Positions 25,193-38,465 of a DNA stretch of 64,000 nt are shown here, in pieces. The stretch's first letter is position 1; each line of letters starts with the position of its first letter. Position numbers and translations under genes: made by a program. The stretch covers positions 1-64,000 of the forward strand of contig NW_021836131.1 of the NCBI RefSeq assembly GCF_006345805.1, written 5' to 3'. The notes beneath the pieces were generated by a model that saw nothing but the letters and a program-made list of their open reading frames with translations, was not told where the DNA came from and did no database searches. Source of the DNA: Octopus sinensis (lineage: Eukaryota).

Positions 25193-25583
25193 CTTCTAGT
25201 AAATTACAATTATTTTTAACAATTTAATATCTTAAAAAAATTTGATTTGAATATTTAAATCTGAAACCAACGGGTAACTGAAACATCTTTTCATGTTTTT
25301 TCCATAACTCGGAATAGTTGATAATGACAAATTATCTTTGAAAAGATTTTCGTAGTCGAATAATTTTCATCACATTGAAAAGAACATTTTATGAGTATAA
25401 TAAATAGTTGTTCATTTCAGCTAATTTTGTGACATGGGTGGATGAATACACATGAGCGACTGGTTACATTTTATCCTGAACAAATGTTAGTATTTAGTTG
25501 AATAAACTATTTTAACTAAAGATATTAAAATAAATTCCATTGTTAGACATGAGTACCGTCCTTACATTTCTTTTGGCATATTT

Positions 25584-26864
25584 CAGACGTCATCAAACTA
25601 CGGTCTGCCCACTATTTCGAGATATTCAATCAATATTTTAATAATTAACTCAAATAAAAACTTTAATTAAAAAATAAACTATTTCGCAAGATTTAATTCG
25701 AAAAAAACTTATCAGCATTAACATTAAATTTTTGTTTGTTGCTATTCCTATTTCAAATACAGTCCGACCCCGAATTGGGGCTGACCCCAGGGGTGGGGCA
25801 CCCTCGGATTTTGGGGCACCCCCGCATTTTGGAAAGCTACGTGAGGATAAATTGAATCACTGAAGCGCACTTTACGAATTCAACAAGGCCTTATAAAAAA
25901 ATTGAAAATAATGAAAATGTAACAAGAGCCGGATACGAGATAACGAAAATTATTTCACTCGGAAAAATATATGCAGCAATTTAAAACCAAATATTGATGA
26001 AGTTATCAAAATACTGAGATCTAACGTATTTTTCACATGCTAGATGGCTAAGCATGTGATCGATGCTGAAACGATTGTTTTTATTCCACAATAAGGTACG
26101 ATTATTCCTTGAAAGTAAAAATTTTGATGCTTCATACTTTTATGATCTTGAAAAATTTGCATTTCTGGTTGACATTACTTTTCATCTGAATGATCTGAAT
26201 TTGAATTTACAAGGAAAAAATCTGCTGATATATGAATTATATTCTCAACTTATTGCATTTGAAAATAAGATTAATTTGTAAATTTGTCAATTCGAAAATC
26301 GAAACTTCGGACTTTACAGCTCATTCGGACGAATTTAAGATGTTTTTTATACCTTTCGATGTAGAAATCAATTCAGCGAATGAAATCTATCAACTGGAAC
26401 TTATAGATTTGCAGTCTGATCATGTTCCTAAAACGATTTTTTATTTAAATCCCCGTAACATTGTGGAATTTTATGAGAAGTATGTTCAATCGTGTGGAAA
26501 ATATCCGTAGTTAGTAAACCATTCCAAAAAATGATATCTTTATTTGGAAGTACTTTTGTTTACAAACAGTTATTTTCAAAAATGAAAAACATGAAAAACA
26601 ATCATAGAACAAGAATTACGGATAATCATTTAAATAATGTTTTAATTTTAGCGTCCACGACCTATGCACCTAATATCGATGAATACTTGAAAATATATGA
26701 AAAATTAAACAGCAAATTCAATTAAAATTTACTCGTTATTTGGTTAAATAAAGTTTTATTCAATTAATTAATATTAGCCTTAAATAAGTAAAAAAATTAT
26801 CCGGTTTGCAGACCAATAATTTTTATAATCCGGCCTGTGAAGTCGGAAATTCTGCCGGCCCCTG
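25584..26864 (+). mobile_element. Degenerate hAT transposase (GTF2IRD2/ZBED-like), composite, with a Tigger TIR fragment at ~25760-25830
   Basis: RWLS, FAFLVDITFHLNDLNLNLQGKN, QLELIDLQSD, SLFGST..KQLFSKMK..RTRITDNHL; hAT-like ends; boundaries uncertain. Confidence 0.75.
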
Positions 26865-27246
26865 TTCTAGAGCTTTATCTTTAGTTCAATTGGTTAAAAC
26901 TCCATATAAAAAACCTATATTGGTTTGATCCAATTTGTATTTTAATCAATTTCGTCATTTGTTATCAATTATGAAAAGTGGAATTTACACTTTTTAAACA
27001 AGAAAAATGTTCAGTGTTTCACACTGTCAATTGTGTCTCCTATCACATTGCTTTCATGGTGAAAGCTTGTATGCATTCGAAATACTGTGTCAAAAATTTA
27101 TTTCGGCCTTGCAAATTTTTGTTAAGGGTGTTCAGATGTTTTGTAATATCCACCAAAAATGCTAAGTCTAGCAACCAATTAAATTCTAATAAAGTTTTGT
27201 TCATTGCAAACATGAAGTGTTTAATTTCTTGTCTTAAATAAAAAAA

Positions 27247-27880
27247 TCACTTTAAAACCACACCTCGACTTACCACCTTACCTCTGAATGATCCCCAAGT
27301 GAAACCAATATCGCTGAGAATATTTTCATATTGACGGTGATTTAGACTTCTTGCAAGGATAAAATTTGTCGTCAAAATGACCACCTCCATTAAATGGTAA
27401 ATTTTTAACCTTTTGGTGCAGAGTACATTTTGGTGCAAAATAAAGTGAAATATTCAAAAATCACATTCTCTGTAACTTGTCTTTGAATTGAGCCACAACG
27501 CCAGTTTTTTTTCCAAACATTGATGAAGCCCAATTTGTAGCCACACTAACAGGATGTGCCCATTCCACTGCAAAGCTATCCAACACACTGACAAGAGATT
27601 TGAATATTTCATTTGGCGTGTCCATTATAAGGTATCAAATCAAGGAATTTCTTTGTGACCGTCAAATCCTCGTCCACGCCACAAATGAATATATCTAACT
27701 GAACCACATCTATAATGTCAGCACTCTCGTCAATAGCAATAGAAAAAATAATGAATGAACTGATTTTCGTCTTGAGTTGATTCTGCGAATCCTATTCGCT
27801 ACAGTATTTCTTGTGAGGCTAATGCTTTAACTCGGCAAAGAAATATTAAGTTGCAACTTTTTTTGGAATAACCCGCATTC
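27247..27880 (-). mobile_element. Second degenerate hAT (GTF2IRD2-like) transposase fragment
   Basis: FSIAIDESADIIDVVQLDIFICGVDEDL..., MFGKKTGVV, LHQNVLC. Confidence 0.75.
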
Positions 27881-28049
27881 TGTATCAACTCTACGTTTTG
27901 TTTAAAAATGCATCCAAACGAAACAAAATAACAATTTAAATTCAAAAATATATTCATTTAAATAAAATATTTAAACAATTAATTATTTTCAAGTAATAAA
28001 TTTTTATTTGTAATTAAAAAAAATTTTTTTAAATCAATATCATTCATTG

Positions 28050-28340
28050 TCAAAAAGGATAGTTTTTTACTGGGAGAGAGACCGACCCGATCAAGAAAGA
28101 GTTAAAACGTACTATCGCAAGGGATATCCGTTCAATAAACCATCTCGATTCGTGGGCGTCGCCTGTGAATGTAGATATCCAAATCTCCTGAACGAACCTG
28201 ATTACCTCTCCTTCCAAGGAACCGAAAGTCTCAGCTGTGAATTGGTACTTCTCTGCATCCAGCAATTGTGGCGATTGATTCAGGAGGATGCTGACATCAG
28301 CAGGTTCTGGGGCGAGAATAAGTCCACCAGATTCTTGAAT
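28050..28340 (-). mobile_element. CRE-clade 3' fragment
   Basis: AETFGSLEGEVIRFVQEI..GDAHESRWFIERISLAIVRFNS. Confidence 0.75.
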
Positions 28341-28867
28341 CTATATTTTTATTTAGTTTTAAATAATAATTCAAGATTTTAAATAAACTTTTAAACTTTT
28401 TCCGGGGCATATTAGATTGTCCGCGAGCCGTATCTTTGACACTCCTGCCACATATCTTCATTTGGAATGACAATATGTACCATCGCAATATGAATCGTAA
28501 TGAATTGTTTACTCATATTAGTCAGAAGATAACTGTTCACCCACAAAAGTCAGTAGATTAAATATCATTTATTTTGAACGACTTTTAACTACATTGAACG
28601 ATATTAAAAACTTACTAATTCCGAAAAATAAAATATTTTTTGTCGTTTAGCAACGTTTCATTCAAAGGGTTTTATATCAACTGTATTAAAATCAAATTAT
28701 AACATTTTCCGCCTATTATAAACATTTACTGAATGTATTCCCGTCATCTCGATTTCAACAAACATCTCTGGAAACACTATTCAGCAAAATTATTGTAATA
28801 ATCAAAATCTATTCACAAATCGTGTTAATTACAATAATTAAATGTACAAAAAAATTACAAAAAATAA

Positions 28868-30216
28868 CTAAAGCGTCTTTCCAAACAACGAGCCAAAAAG
28901 TTCATTCCTAACAAAAAATTAAAAAAACCAACATTGACTCATCTGTCCACGTACTAGTATCGACAGGCGCAAAAAATCCAGCAAGTTTCTTAATAACCGT
29001 ATATCTAAAAACAACAAAACCCTCAAACCTTATTTTTCTCGACTTTGTAGCTCTCACATCCACAGGTCTATCCATTTTATATTGAGCTCGACTACGCATA
29101 TCCAAATAATTCCTATCTCATCACCAACACACAAACTTATCAACTTGTGAACAATCCAAAGACCCTTCCGTCTTCTTTTTGATAAAATCACTAAGCTGTC
29201 TCTGATAGAAATCCGAATCGTCAAACATCTCTGTGTCATATTGATAAAGAGTCCCGTCCTTTCTCAAGTCTTGGACACGTGTCAAAGGCATTGACTGGTC
29301 AATCTTTCCCACTACACGACAATTTGATCGATTCATTTGAGTTTTCCTGATTAAGCGAGTCGGATCTGACATGATTTGTTCAATTTGGACTACTGGAGAT
29401 TTTTCGAAATTGGAAAAGTCTTTTTTCGGCATTTTAGCCACCGAAAGTCTTGTCTTATCAAACCAATCTTGCAGAATTCCATTTCTACAAAATAATGATT
29501 ATTTTTTAACCGACAATCCTTCAATTTAACATCAAAATCCTCAAGAAACTCATTTCCGGCAATTTCAACGTCTTTTTCCAAAAAAGACGAACAAACTGAA
29601 TTCAAAATACTTTCAAATGAATCGGTAAAACAGTTTAGTTTATCCCTAACTAAAAAACATTAAAAAATCTAAAAACTGGATTCAATTTGTTGGGTCAACT
29701 CGAGGTCCCCACACCCCTCAATTTGACTAAATAAATGTTTCTGTGGCAGAGAATTTACATTTGCCAGAATTGGCTGAACTTTCATTCGACATTTCAACAA
29801 TTTGTTGTACAATTCTGTTATATCAATAAAAAATACCGATTTGGAAACGTGTTGATTTAGATTTAAGATTTTCCAACTGATTTGCATTTTCAGTAATGAT
29901 TTTGGGAGGAATTCTCTTTCCTGTGTTTGTTATGATAAGAAAATGCCTGTAGATGTGACAAATTCAAGTTCTTTGACTCGTTTTATTCCAGAACAGACAC
30001 TGTGATTGTATTACGGAGAATATAGAAACCTCTCGTTGTCATAATCGGAATAATTTGACTGAATGTCTTCCTCTGAACAGGATGGTCCGCTCGTTGGTTT
30101 TGTATCGAAATTTTTGTTTGGGTAGTCTTTGAAAGAACAGGTCTCTGATGATTCGTCTGAATAGTATTCTTCAGTATCTTTAGATTATGTTAACTAGAAA
30201 AAAATTTACCGTCCAT
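28868..30216 (-). CDS. AATF: AATF/Che-1/BFR2 family protein (TRAUB domain), multi-exon
   Basis: QIEQIMSDPTRLIRKTQ, YDTEMFDDSDFYQRQLSDFIKKK, VDVRATKSRKIR|YTVIKKLAGFFAP, NELFGSLFG; acidic N-terminus; tiny introns. Confidence 0.85.
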
Positions 30217-31699
30217 TTCAAAGGTAATTTGGTTATTATTTTAATAAAAGATTCAGCACTACGTAAAAAAACGTGAATTAATTATTTTATTTAAATTTAT
30301 AATTTTTTATTTTAATAAAATAAATTATAAAAATTATAAGAATTAAAAATGATAATACAATGTTTTATTAGTTGATTAAAATACCTTGTACGGGTAAAAT
30401 ACTAATTATAAATTCCAACTGTTCATATTGATTTATATTATATTTTTTCATGTATTTTATTAATTTAAAAATGTCATTTTTTTAATGTAGGTGAACCTGA
30501 AATCATTAAAAATTTTTTTTGGTAGATTGTCAATATCTGCACAAAACAAACTGAAAGTCGTACAGAACCAGTGCTTACTGATATTACTGAAACGTGACAA
30601 AATTACGCAGATTTCGGAATTGAGAATACACTCAACGTCATAAAATTAATGGACCATCTTACAGAAAGACAGCACATCTTCTTAGCGATGGCAAGATCTA
30701 CCGGAGGTCCCCTTGAAGAGGAGTATCTTGCCTATGAAAAGTGTGCTAGGAAATTTGAAAAAAAATCATCCCCGTTTGGACGGTGATTAAGAATTCGATA
30801 CAAGGAAGAGATAAAAGGAAACGCACTGACGTAGAGCTAAATGTATGATCGGAAAATTTTCTTGAGTTTTGTTAAAAATAAACACATTCTAAATTCTACT
30901 AGTAATCGTTGTATTCTTTCACTGCTATTCTCTGGTGTCAAAGAATCCTTTTTGGTTATAATGAAATGAAATTTTCAATAATTTAATTGAAAGTTCTCAT
31001 CAGAAAAAAATTAAAATAAAAGGGTTTCGCAACCACATTAAAGTTGGGAGCTGCTGCTTTAAAATATCGAATTTTAAAAGAGGCTTTGAAAAATAAATTT
31101 CCGCAAGATTTTTTAGGCAAATTAAATATAGACCTAAATCTTGTCATTACTTTGTCATTACTTTGGTAGTCCCTGAATCTAGACTGCGCGTTGACATGAA
31201 TCTGCACATCCATGCACTATACGTGGGCCCTAAGAGGTTGAGGTTGATAGAGTAAAACACTACAAATAACGAAAACAGAAATTTAATAACTAAGATGTTC
31301 TTTCCAGAGTTAAACTTTATTGCTTTATAGGTACTTTTGTCGAAGTGGTCGCAGTTTTTTTAGAAGATAATTAAAATTAATTAATTTTTTTAGTGAAAAA
31401 TAGATTATTTAATTTATAACCCTCTATCAATAATTTAAATGGTTATTAAAATTATTTAAAAATTTATTTAACCAATTTAGTCATTTTTAGTACGCGGCAT
31501 CCAAATTCCAGGACTGTAGAAGGAATTTATGTCTTTTACAATCTGTGCAAAACATTCCTTATAGTTCTGTATTTGTTTTTACTTTTTACTAGTTACTTTT
31601 TACTTATTTTCCGAGGCGTGGTGACAACAATATTTTTTTAGATTAAACAGTATAAATTTTTAATTTTTCAAGCATAAAATCGCCCCACCAAACTTAGAA

Positions 31700-31960
31700 T
31701 AGCAATGACCAATGAAATCACTTGCACCGCAAAAACAATTTGACTGCTAATTCGGGTAGTTGTATCACCAGGAAAGATTGATGTACAAGAAATGAATTGA
31801 CGATGTCGAATTCGCAACCGTTGGCAATACCCACCCGGAGTAAGTAAGGTGGAAATTCTGAGCTGAGGCGGGGACATACACTTCTCGCTGCCAATTTAGC
31901 AATCAGGTTTCCAATTGCTATAACCAAGATTGATTGATTTAAAATCACCTTTTCAATAAT
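31700..31960 (-). mobile_element. CRE-clade RT fragment
   Basis: IAIGNLIAKLAARSV..FPPYLLRVGIANGCE. Confidence 0.65.
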
Positions 31961-32079
31961 CTGGTTATTATTGGATCCTTGCTCTCTGATAAGGTAGTAA
32001 TTACTAACATTTTTTAATTTAACTCTTGAGTTAATTAGGGTAATTAATTAGGTGATTCTAACAATCCTTAAGATTTTTC

Positions 32080-32580
32080 TCAGCTTTTCCCGATGTTAAA
32101 CTCTGGACCCAATGCATGTGCGGAACGGAAGGGGGTCATCCGTGGAGTCCGTATAGTGATAATAAAACCGTTTTTGATAATAAACAGAAGGCCCTCGCCA
32201 AGTCGGTTTAACCGGCATAAGCGGATACAGTTATATCCCGGGAATGAGGGAGTAATAGAGGAAGGTGTTAATCTGGTTTCTTGCAAGGCAGCTACATTGA
32301 TGTTATGTTTTTTGAGGGATGTCCGTAATTCAAGAACTTTCCCTTTTATTCCATTGATGTTCAGTTGGAGTATGATTAGATAGAATCTCGATTTTCCTCC
32401 ACATCGCCCGAAAGCAGAATGCTCAAGCCTTTCGTCCATCGGGGGCTGAGATCCTGGGATTGTCGTCTGGATAATTCCAGCTGGGAAGAGTGCTTTCTCG
32501 AATTCTGTGCGCCTTCACAGTTGTAACAACTGGTGAACCACATGATGCAACGTGACAAAATTACTATAATTACTGACATT
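32080..32580 (-). mobile_element. APE-type LINE 5' fragment: Cys-rich remnant, 2A-like peptide, APE endonuclease start
   Basis: CIMWFTSC...ILLSGDVEEN followed by ILQLNINGIKGK..ALQETRL..FPGY..R..RLGEGLLFIIK. Confidence 0.75.
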
Positions 32581-32819
32581 CAAAACTGGTTTGTAATAAA
32601 AAATAAAGTTTTTTTCATTAATTATTGTCAATTATCTTAATTTTTAATGGCAAACCTAATACCTAATAAATTAAGCCACGTGTGAACACGCTGTTGATTT
32701 ACTTTGTGGTGCTCTCTTAATTTTTTGCTACATTTTATTTTTTTATCCTAATTGGATTCAGAAGGAATAATTTAAGATGTATTTCGTTTAATGATTTAAT
32801 TATCTGAAAGTTCATCATT

Positions 32820-33060
32820 TTTGTGATATTTTTCGATTTTATTCCTTTAATCTACTTTTTTTTTTACTTATTTATACTTTTTGCGATATTTTTCGATTTA
32901 GTTCATTTAATATCCATTTTTACTTATTTCTTATTTATAATTTTTGTGATGCTTTTCGATTTTGTTCTTTTAATCTCCTTTTTTTACTTATTTATACTTT
33001 TTGTGATATTTTTAGATTTAGTTCCTTTAATTTCTTTCATTTACTTATTTCTAAAAAAAT
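32820..33060. repeat. T-rich minisatellite (~65 bp unit, 3-4 copies)
   Basis: Recurring ttgtgatatttttcgatttt...cttatttatactt. Confidence 0.7.
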
Positions 33061-33241
33061 AATTTTAATATTCCAAATTTATTATTTATTTGAAATTTAT
33101 TATAAATTTAATTAAATTATTCAATTTTAGATAATCTCGAATGGTGAACTCCTTCGATTTTTTACCTATTTCATTTTTATACATAAAAAGTAATCCGAAA
33201 CTAAACTTCATGGACGGGAAGCCGACGCGATCGAGAAAGAA

Positions 33242-33780
33242 TTAGAGCGTACTATCGCGAGGGATATTGTTCTTCAACCCAGCAATTGCCTTTTCAACCT
33301 CTTCCTGTGTTATCGTCCCACATAATGGTCCCTCCGATAATTGCGAAGTGCCAAGCCTCTTCACAATTCGGTCATAAGTGCCTCGTGGAACGGCAGATTC
33401 GACCTCTTGAACCTGACTGAGTTGGTTCCTGAGTACTTCCGGGATACGATCAGGGGTTCCAGAGAGGACTGGCAAAGCACGGAGGTCGGTGGGGGCAGCC
33501 GGGTGTTTAAGTTTGAGTGACTCGAGAAGCTCTTCCAACGGAGGTAGAACAATGTCATCGGAAGCCACATGGCGGACAGCTGCTTTAACATCATTTTTCA
33601 TAAGCTTGGCGTGGACTTTATTACGAAGGTTAGTACGTTCAGATTTATTCCTTAAAGGAGGTTCAAGTACAACGGGGGGAATGGGAAGAATCGTGAATGG
33701 GTTTCACTCCTTCGATTATCTCCCTATCTTCTTATATACAGTAGACTATTCATTTAACGAAAATGAAAATTGAGCATTCG
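33242..33780 (-). mobile_element. CRE-clade fragment (pre-RT region)
   Basis: VKAAVRHVASDDIVLP..LESLKLKHPAAP. Confidence 0.7.
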
Positions 33781-34499
33781 TTAAATGAATTTAACGAAAA
33801 AAATTGTTTAATTAAAAATGTGTCATGTAATCGGTAATTTTAGGTTCCTTCTTTTTAATTTTTGCCAATATATTTTTCAAATTTGTAATTAGGTGAATAT
33901 GTTCACCAGATTCTTGCAAAAAATATTTTTCAATATTTTCCAAATATTTAAGTGCATCTGCATAACCAATGGGATTGTCATTTGTGCTATCTATTTTGTA
34001 TATTGTTTCCTTTTTCCAGAACTCTGAATTTTCTTATTTCAACTCCTCAAATAAAGGAATTTTTCGAATGTTTACATCGCTATCTTGTCTTGAAATTAAA
34101 TTAAGAAAAATTCAACCTTAGTTGTAGTACCTGGGCTCTAATTTCATTGGATTCTTCGTCAAATCTCCACATTCTTCGTTGCAACATTTTTTTCTCCAGA
34201 ATTTATTATATTCTTGTTCGCGGGCCTCATTGAGGTCGTCGTCATTTGAAAGTAAATTTTCCATGTGTCATTTTAATATTCACTGGATTTTCCATTATCG
34301 TAAATAGATAAAAAAGGACTTTTATCATATTATTCTTCAGGCTCCAATATCACCATGCCAGTAGGTGAGAATCCTTTGACATAGTATATTCCTGTATCCA
34401 GGTGCTCATTTAGAGACCGCTTTCGGGTCCTTTTATTTTTGTCTGTTTTAACTCTTCGAACAACTTTTTCCCCAATTTTAAATTTTTCCATATGTTTTT

Positions 34500-34800
34500 T
34501 GAGCATTTTTTGTTCGGTAACATCAGAGTACTGGACAGCCTTTGTTCTTGTACTATTGGCGGCAAACTATGTCCAAGTCATGTAGTTCTCTATGTCACTT
34601 TTTTCATCCATTTTTTGCAAATTTCATTAAGATGGGAATTCTTAAATTCCTTTCCGTTATCGGTTTGTAAAATAACTTGGGGGCCAATTGTGTACAAATA
34701 TTTTTTTAATAAAGAAGAAATCTTAATAGTAGATTTATTTTTAGCTAGGTCAACAACACCAAATTTGGAAAATGAATCAATAACTACAAGTATCTATAAA
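34500..34800 (-). mobile_element. DDE integrase fragment (Ginger/GIN/SCAND3-like rve)
   Basis: IDSFSKFGVV..KNKSTIKISSLL...GPQVILQTDNGKEFKN. Confidence 0.6.
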
Positions 34801-34926
34801 TAAAAAAATGATAGATGGCTTTATTAGCTAATTAGTTTCTTTTTATATTTGTTTTCAATTAATAAAATAAAAAAAGGAAACAAGAAAGTTAATGAATTAA
34901 TTGAAGGAAAATGAGTAGAGCGATAG

Positions 34927-35160
34927 ATGAAAGCCTGGAGGTCAGCTCAACGACGCCGCGCTGCGTATCGAGTGGTAGTTTCCGCGGAGCACGGCGACAG
35001 AGATTCGCTGGAAGAGCCAGCTGGCAATGATGAGGCGCCAGAAAGGCAGGCGCGACAGACCCAGGTTGGAAGGGGTTCTGAACTGCGGCGAGTTAGAGAA
35101 ACGCATGAAAGAACTGCGTGCAAGAAGAGCAAGGTCGGTCTCTCTTTTTTTTGTTAACCA
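34927..35160 (-). mobile_element. CRE-clade 3' fragment
   Basis: TPSNLGLS...WLFQRISVAVLRGNYHSIRSAA. Confidence 0.75.
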
Positions 35161-35429
35161 CGTTGCAGATGATGCAGAGTGGAACAGGATTGGGAATAGG
35201 ATTAGGAAAATGCATAAAAGAATACAAGATCGAAACAGGTAATAGATTGAGAAAGGATTACTGGGAGAAAAGAATAAGAAGGGATGATAGAGACAGAAAA
35301 ACAATTGACTTGGTAAAATAAAATAACAACACGAATAAGAATTGATATGAAAGGAAATTAGAAAAAGAATTGGAAGATTAGAGAACAACAACAGCGCGCA
35401 ACGTAATTAACGCTTCAACAAGTTCTTTT

Positions 35430-35960
35430 TTTCTCAGCCGTCCCCTGGCTCCCTTGCTTTCAATCCCTTCGTTGCCACGGAAGCCGTCGTGCTGAAAACC
35501 CTGAGGAGTTTTTCTTCAGGCAGCAGCGGTGGGGTAAATGGCTTGACACCCGGTCATCTAAAAGACTTGACTTCTCCTATGACCGCAGAAGCTGGGCGGA
35601 AACTATTACGCTTAATTACCAATCTCTTTAACCGTGTTATCTCTAGTTCGCTTCCTGATTTTGCTCGCGGTATCTTTTTTCTGCAAACCCTACTGCCCTC
35701 GGGAAGAAGGAAAACGGCGTAAGACTTATCGCTGTGGGAAATGTTTTTCGGAGGCTCTTCGCTAAGCTTTCTGTCATGCTGTTTGTCCCCTGTTTGTCTC
35801 CAAACTTTGTGCCCGCTCAACTTGGTGTCGGGGTTTCCAATGGTTGCGAGGCCGCGACCCATCCATTCGTGAGCTGTAAGAATCTTCCAAGGAGTTTATC
35901 ATGGTCAAACTGGACGCATCTAATGCTTTTAACTTTATCAGACGGGATCACTTACTGGAG
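35430..35960 (+). mobile_element. CRE-clade RT fragment (domains 0-3)
   Basis: SFSSGSSGGVNGLTPGHLKDL, IAVGNVFRRLFAK, QLGVGVSNGCEAATH, VKLDASNAFN. Confidence 0.85.
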
Positions 35961-36369
35961 TGCTGCCTTATGGATTTTAACTGGCATTGATTGTTATAGT
36001 AGGTTGGTAGGTTTTAAAAGAATCTATTCAGAGTTGCATTTGTCAGACCACTTTTTCATAAATCTTTAAAGGATATAGAAACCATATAAAATCGTTTTCT
36101 ATCTATTTGAACCTTGTTTAATTTTTAGGTGATTGAACCGATTAATATTTCCCGTTGTCCAAATTTTGACTTATTTTCACAATCGTGAATTAGTACAATC
36201 TTTAGATAACTGAGCATTTTAACGAACGGCAAACCGATCTCATTTTATATTAATCAAGTTACGAAAGTCTATTGTTTTGAACATTACTTGTTAATTAATC
36301 TATCATTTTGAAGACAAACAGAATTTTATTGTAAAAACTGAGACAGTAAAATAAATTTTTGACGTCTGA

Positions 36370-36725
36370 TACAACGAGACGACTGCTCTAGGCAGTCGAG
36401 CTCTTCTGAAGAAACGTCTATTTGCTGTCTAGAGCAATTGCTTTTGCTCTCTTTTTCTTCACATGCAGACAGTAACTCGGGTTAGCGTCTATTGTAAGCC
36501 CCAGGTATCATATGCAGCTGGGGCAGTCAATTTCAGCTAGAGGCCCGGGACTTTGATTTGGTGACTTTTTCGTGTTAATTCGTAGATAAGCGGATTTGTC
36601 TATTGCTAACGAGAGCCGCTTACTGGTGCACCACTCCTTTATCACTTCAATGTAGGTGGCAAGCCTTCTTACTGAAGTCTGCGTCCTTTGAGGTGTCTAG
36701 GACGAGGACGTCATCTGTTATATTG
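36370..36725 (-). mobile_element. APE-type LINE RT palm/thumb fragment
   Basis: TDDVLVL...EWCTSKRLSLAIDKS...YLGLTID..SY.LHV. Confidence 0.7.
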
Positions 36726-36789
36726 AACAAGTCGTTAAAATAGTAAGAAATAGTAAAACATTAAATTAAATGGAGTTAAACTCGTTTAT

Positions 36790-37060
36790 TTTGCAGCAAG
36801 ATAATGCTTCTTGCCAGACTTTGCGAGTAGTAAGAAAATATATTAACAACAAAAACTAAACCACCCAACAAAATATATGCATGATTTAAAATATAAAACT
36901 TTCGCATGGGCATCTCAATCACCTGACTTTAACCGAATTAAACATGTTTGGTCGATGAAGAAGACTAAATTATTGCAAAATTCGCCAAAAAATTTTAAAG
37001 ATTTGGAAATAAAAATATTTTCAATATGGGAATGTAACAATAGTGCTTGTAAAATTCCTC
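36790..37060 (+). mobile_element. Tc1 transposase remnant
   Basis: LQQDNA and WASQSPDFNRIKHVW. Confidence 0.7.
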
Positions 37061-37573
37061 CCCGTAATCAACTTAACGACCTTGTCGATAGGGCTCTTGT
37101 GTCGGCAGGTTTCCTTTCCATTCTAGAGTCAGTCGGCCTCTCTTAAACTTAAATTATAGGAAAGTTTTTGTATTTAAATATTGTTTAGTTAGTTTTGAAT
37201 ATAGTTGGTTTATATTGTAAAATTTTAATTATAATTTATTACTAAATATATAATAAAATAAATGTCACATGTTTTTTTTGTGCTTAGCTGTACTTTCTTA
37301 TGTGCCCAAATTTATTAATTTGGTCAATCCGGAAAGTAACATAGTATCGCTAATTAATGGATCATAGCGTACATTTTAATAGTACAAAATTCTCTGATGT
37401 GATGAAATGATAGGGACAAATGATTAATGATTACCTATTGTTCTGATCAACTTTAGTCATTTGAGAGACTATTTTTAGCATACTTTATTAATATATTCGA
37501 ATCTATCGATTCGAGAGCCATTTTTACAAAAGATTAATATTTCTAATATTAGTTTGAATTTGGAATTGTATTA

Positions 37574-38465
37574 TGTCACATGGGTGATCAGACCCCTATG
37601 GGCAACCTGGTCTTTACGTGTTTCCATGGCAACTACATAGCAAATATTTACTAAAAGGCCTACTGATATAAAGACAAACGATGCGAACTAATGATTGAAC
37701 TTTAAATTTTTGAGAAAATGATGTTTTATATTTGAACCATGCTTGCTTTAAAATAGTAAAATTATTTACAACATTAGCAAATTATAATGTGAATTATTTT
37801 TATTTTTGATAATATAAATTGCAACATTAGCAAATTATAATTTACATCAAATTTTTTGCAAAGTTTGTAACAACTTTAACTCTAACCTTAACCCAAACCC
37901 TAACGTTGGCAAGTGGCAACATAAATATTCAAAATCTAACCCTAACCTTAACCCAAACCCTAACGTAACCCTAACTCGAAATTAAATGATGTTTCTCAAA
38001 CCCTAACGTTGGCAAGTGACAACATAAATATTCAAAATCTAACCCTAACCTTAACCCAAACCCTAACTCGAAATTAAATGATGTTTCTGCTGACGATTCT
38101 TCAGACATTTTTGACAAAAATTGGAAGCCTTTTTGGCCAACCGGTGTTTGCTTCGAGCATTCATATCCTCCGGGAATATCCCGATTAACGCTTCCTTAAT
38201 TTGATTGTATTCGTTAATATTTCTGGCGTAACCCTTAAACCCAGACATCACAAAGTGTGAGTAACCACGCTGTTAAAATTAATATACTTTTGGGTAAGCC
38301 ATTTTTAAAAGATAATTCAAATGTAATTTTAAATTAGAATAATTGATTAATCTACACTCTCCATATATAAATTGCTATATTCAATATTTAATACCTTTTC
38401 TGCGGTTTCCATAGAAACACGTAAAAGGACTGGCTGCCCATAGCGACATAGTCACCCATGTGACG
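37574..38465. mobile_element. Element with ~60-bp imperfect terminal inverted repeats (Ginger-like?) carrying degenerate telomere-like repeats
   Basis: Left tgtcacatgggtga..gtttccatggcaac; right gtttccatagaaac..tcacccatgtgacg; internal minus-strand peptide YNQIKEALIGIFPEDM..KHRLAKKASNF. Confidence 0.55.
37880..38068. repeat. Interstitial degenerate (CCCTAA)n-like repeats in a higher-order duplicated block
   Basis: ctaaccttaacccaaaccctaac repeated three times with interspersed spacers. Confidence 0.7.

Noticed and set aside
36360-36725. GC-rich stretch with several hairpins, considered as RNase MRP/SRP RNA or a hammerhead ribozyme
   Set aside because: Conserved cores are incomplete, and the minus strand translates to LINE RT motifs (DDVLV, WC..RL, YLGLTID).
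37880-38068. True telomere or chromosome-fusion scar
   Set aside because: Repeats are short, degenerate, single-orientation and inside an inverted-repeat element.
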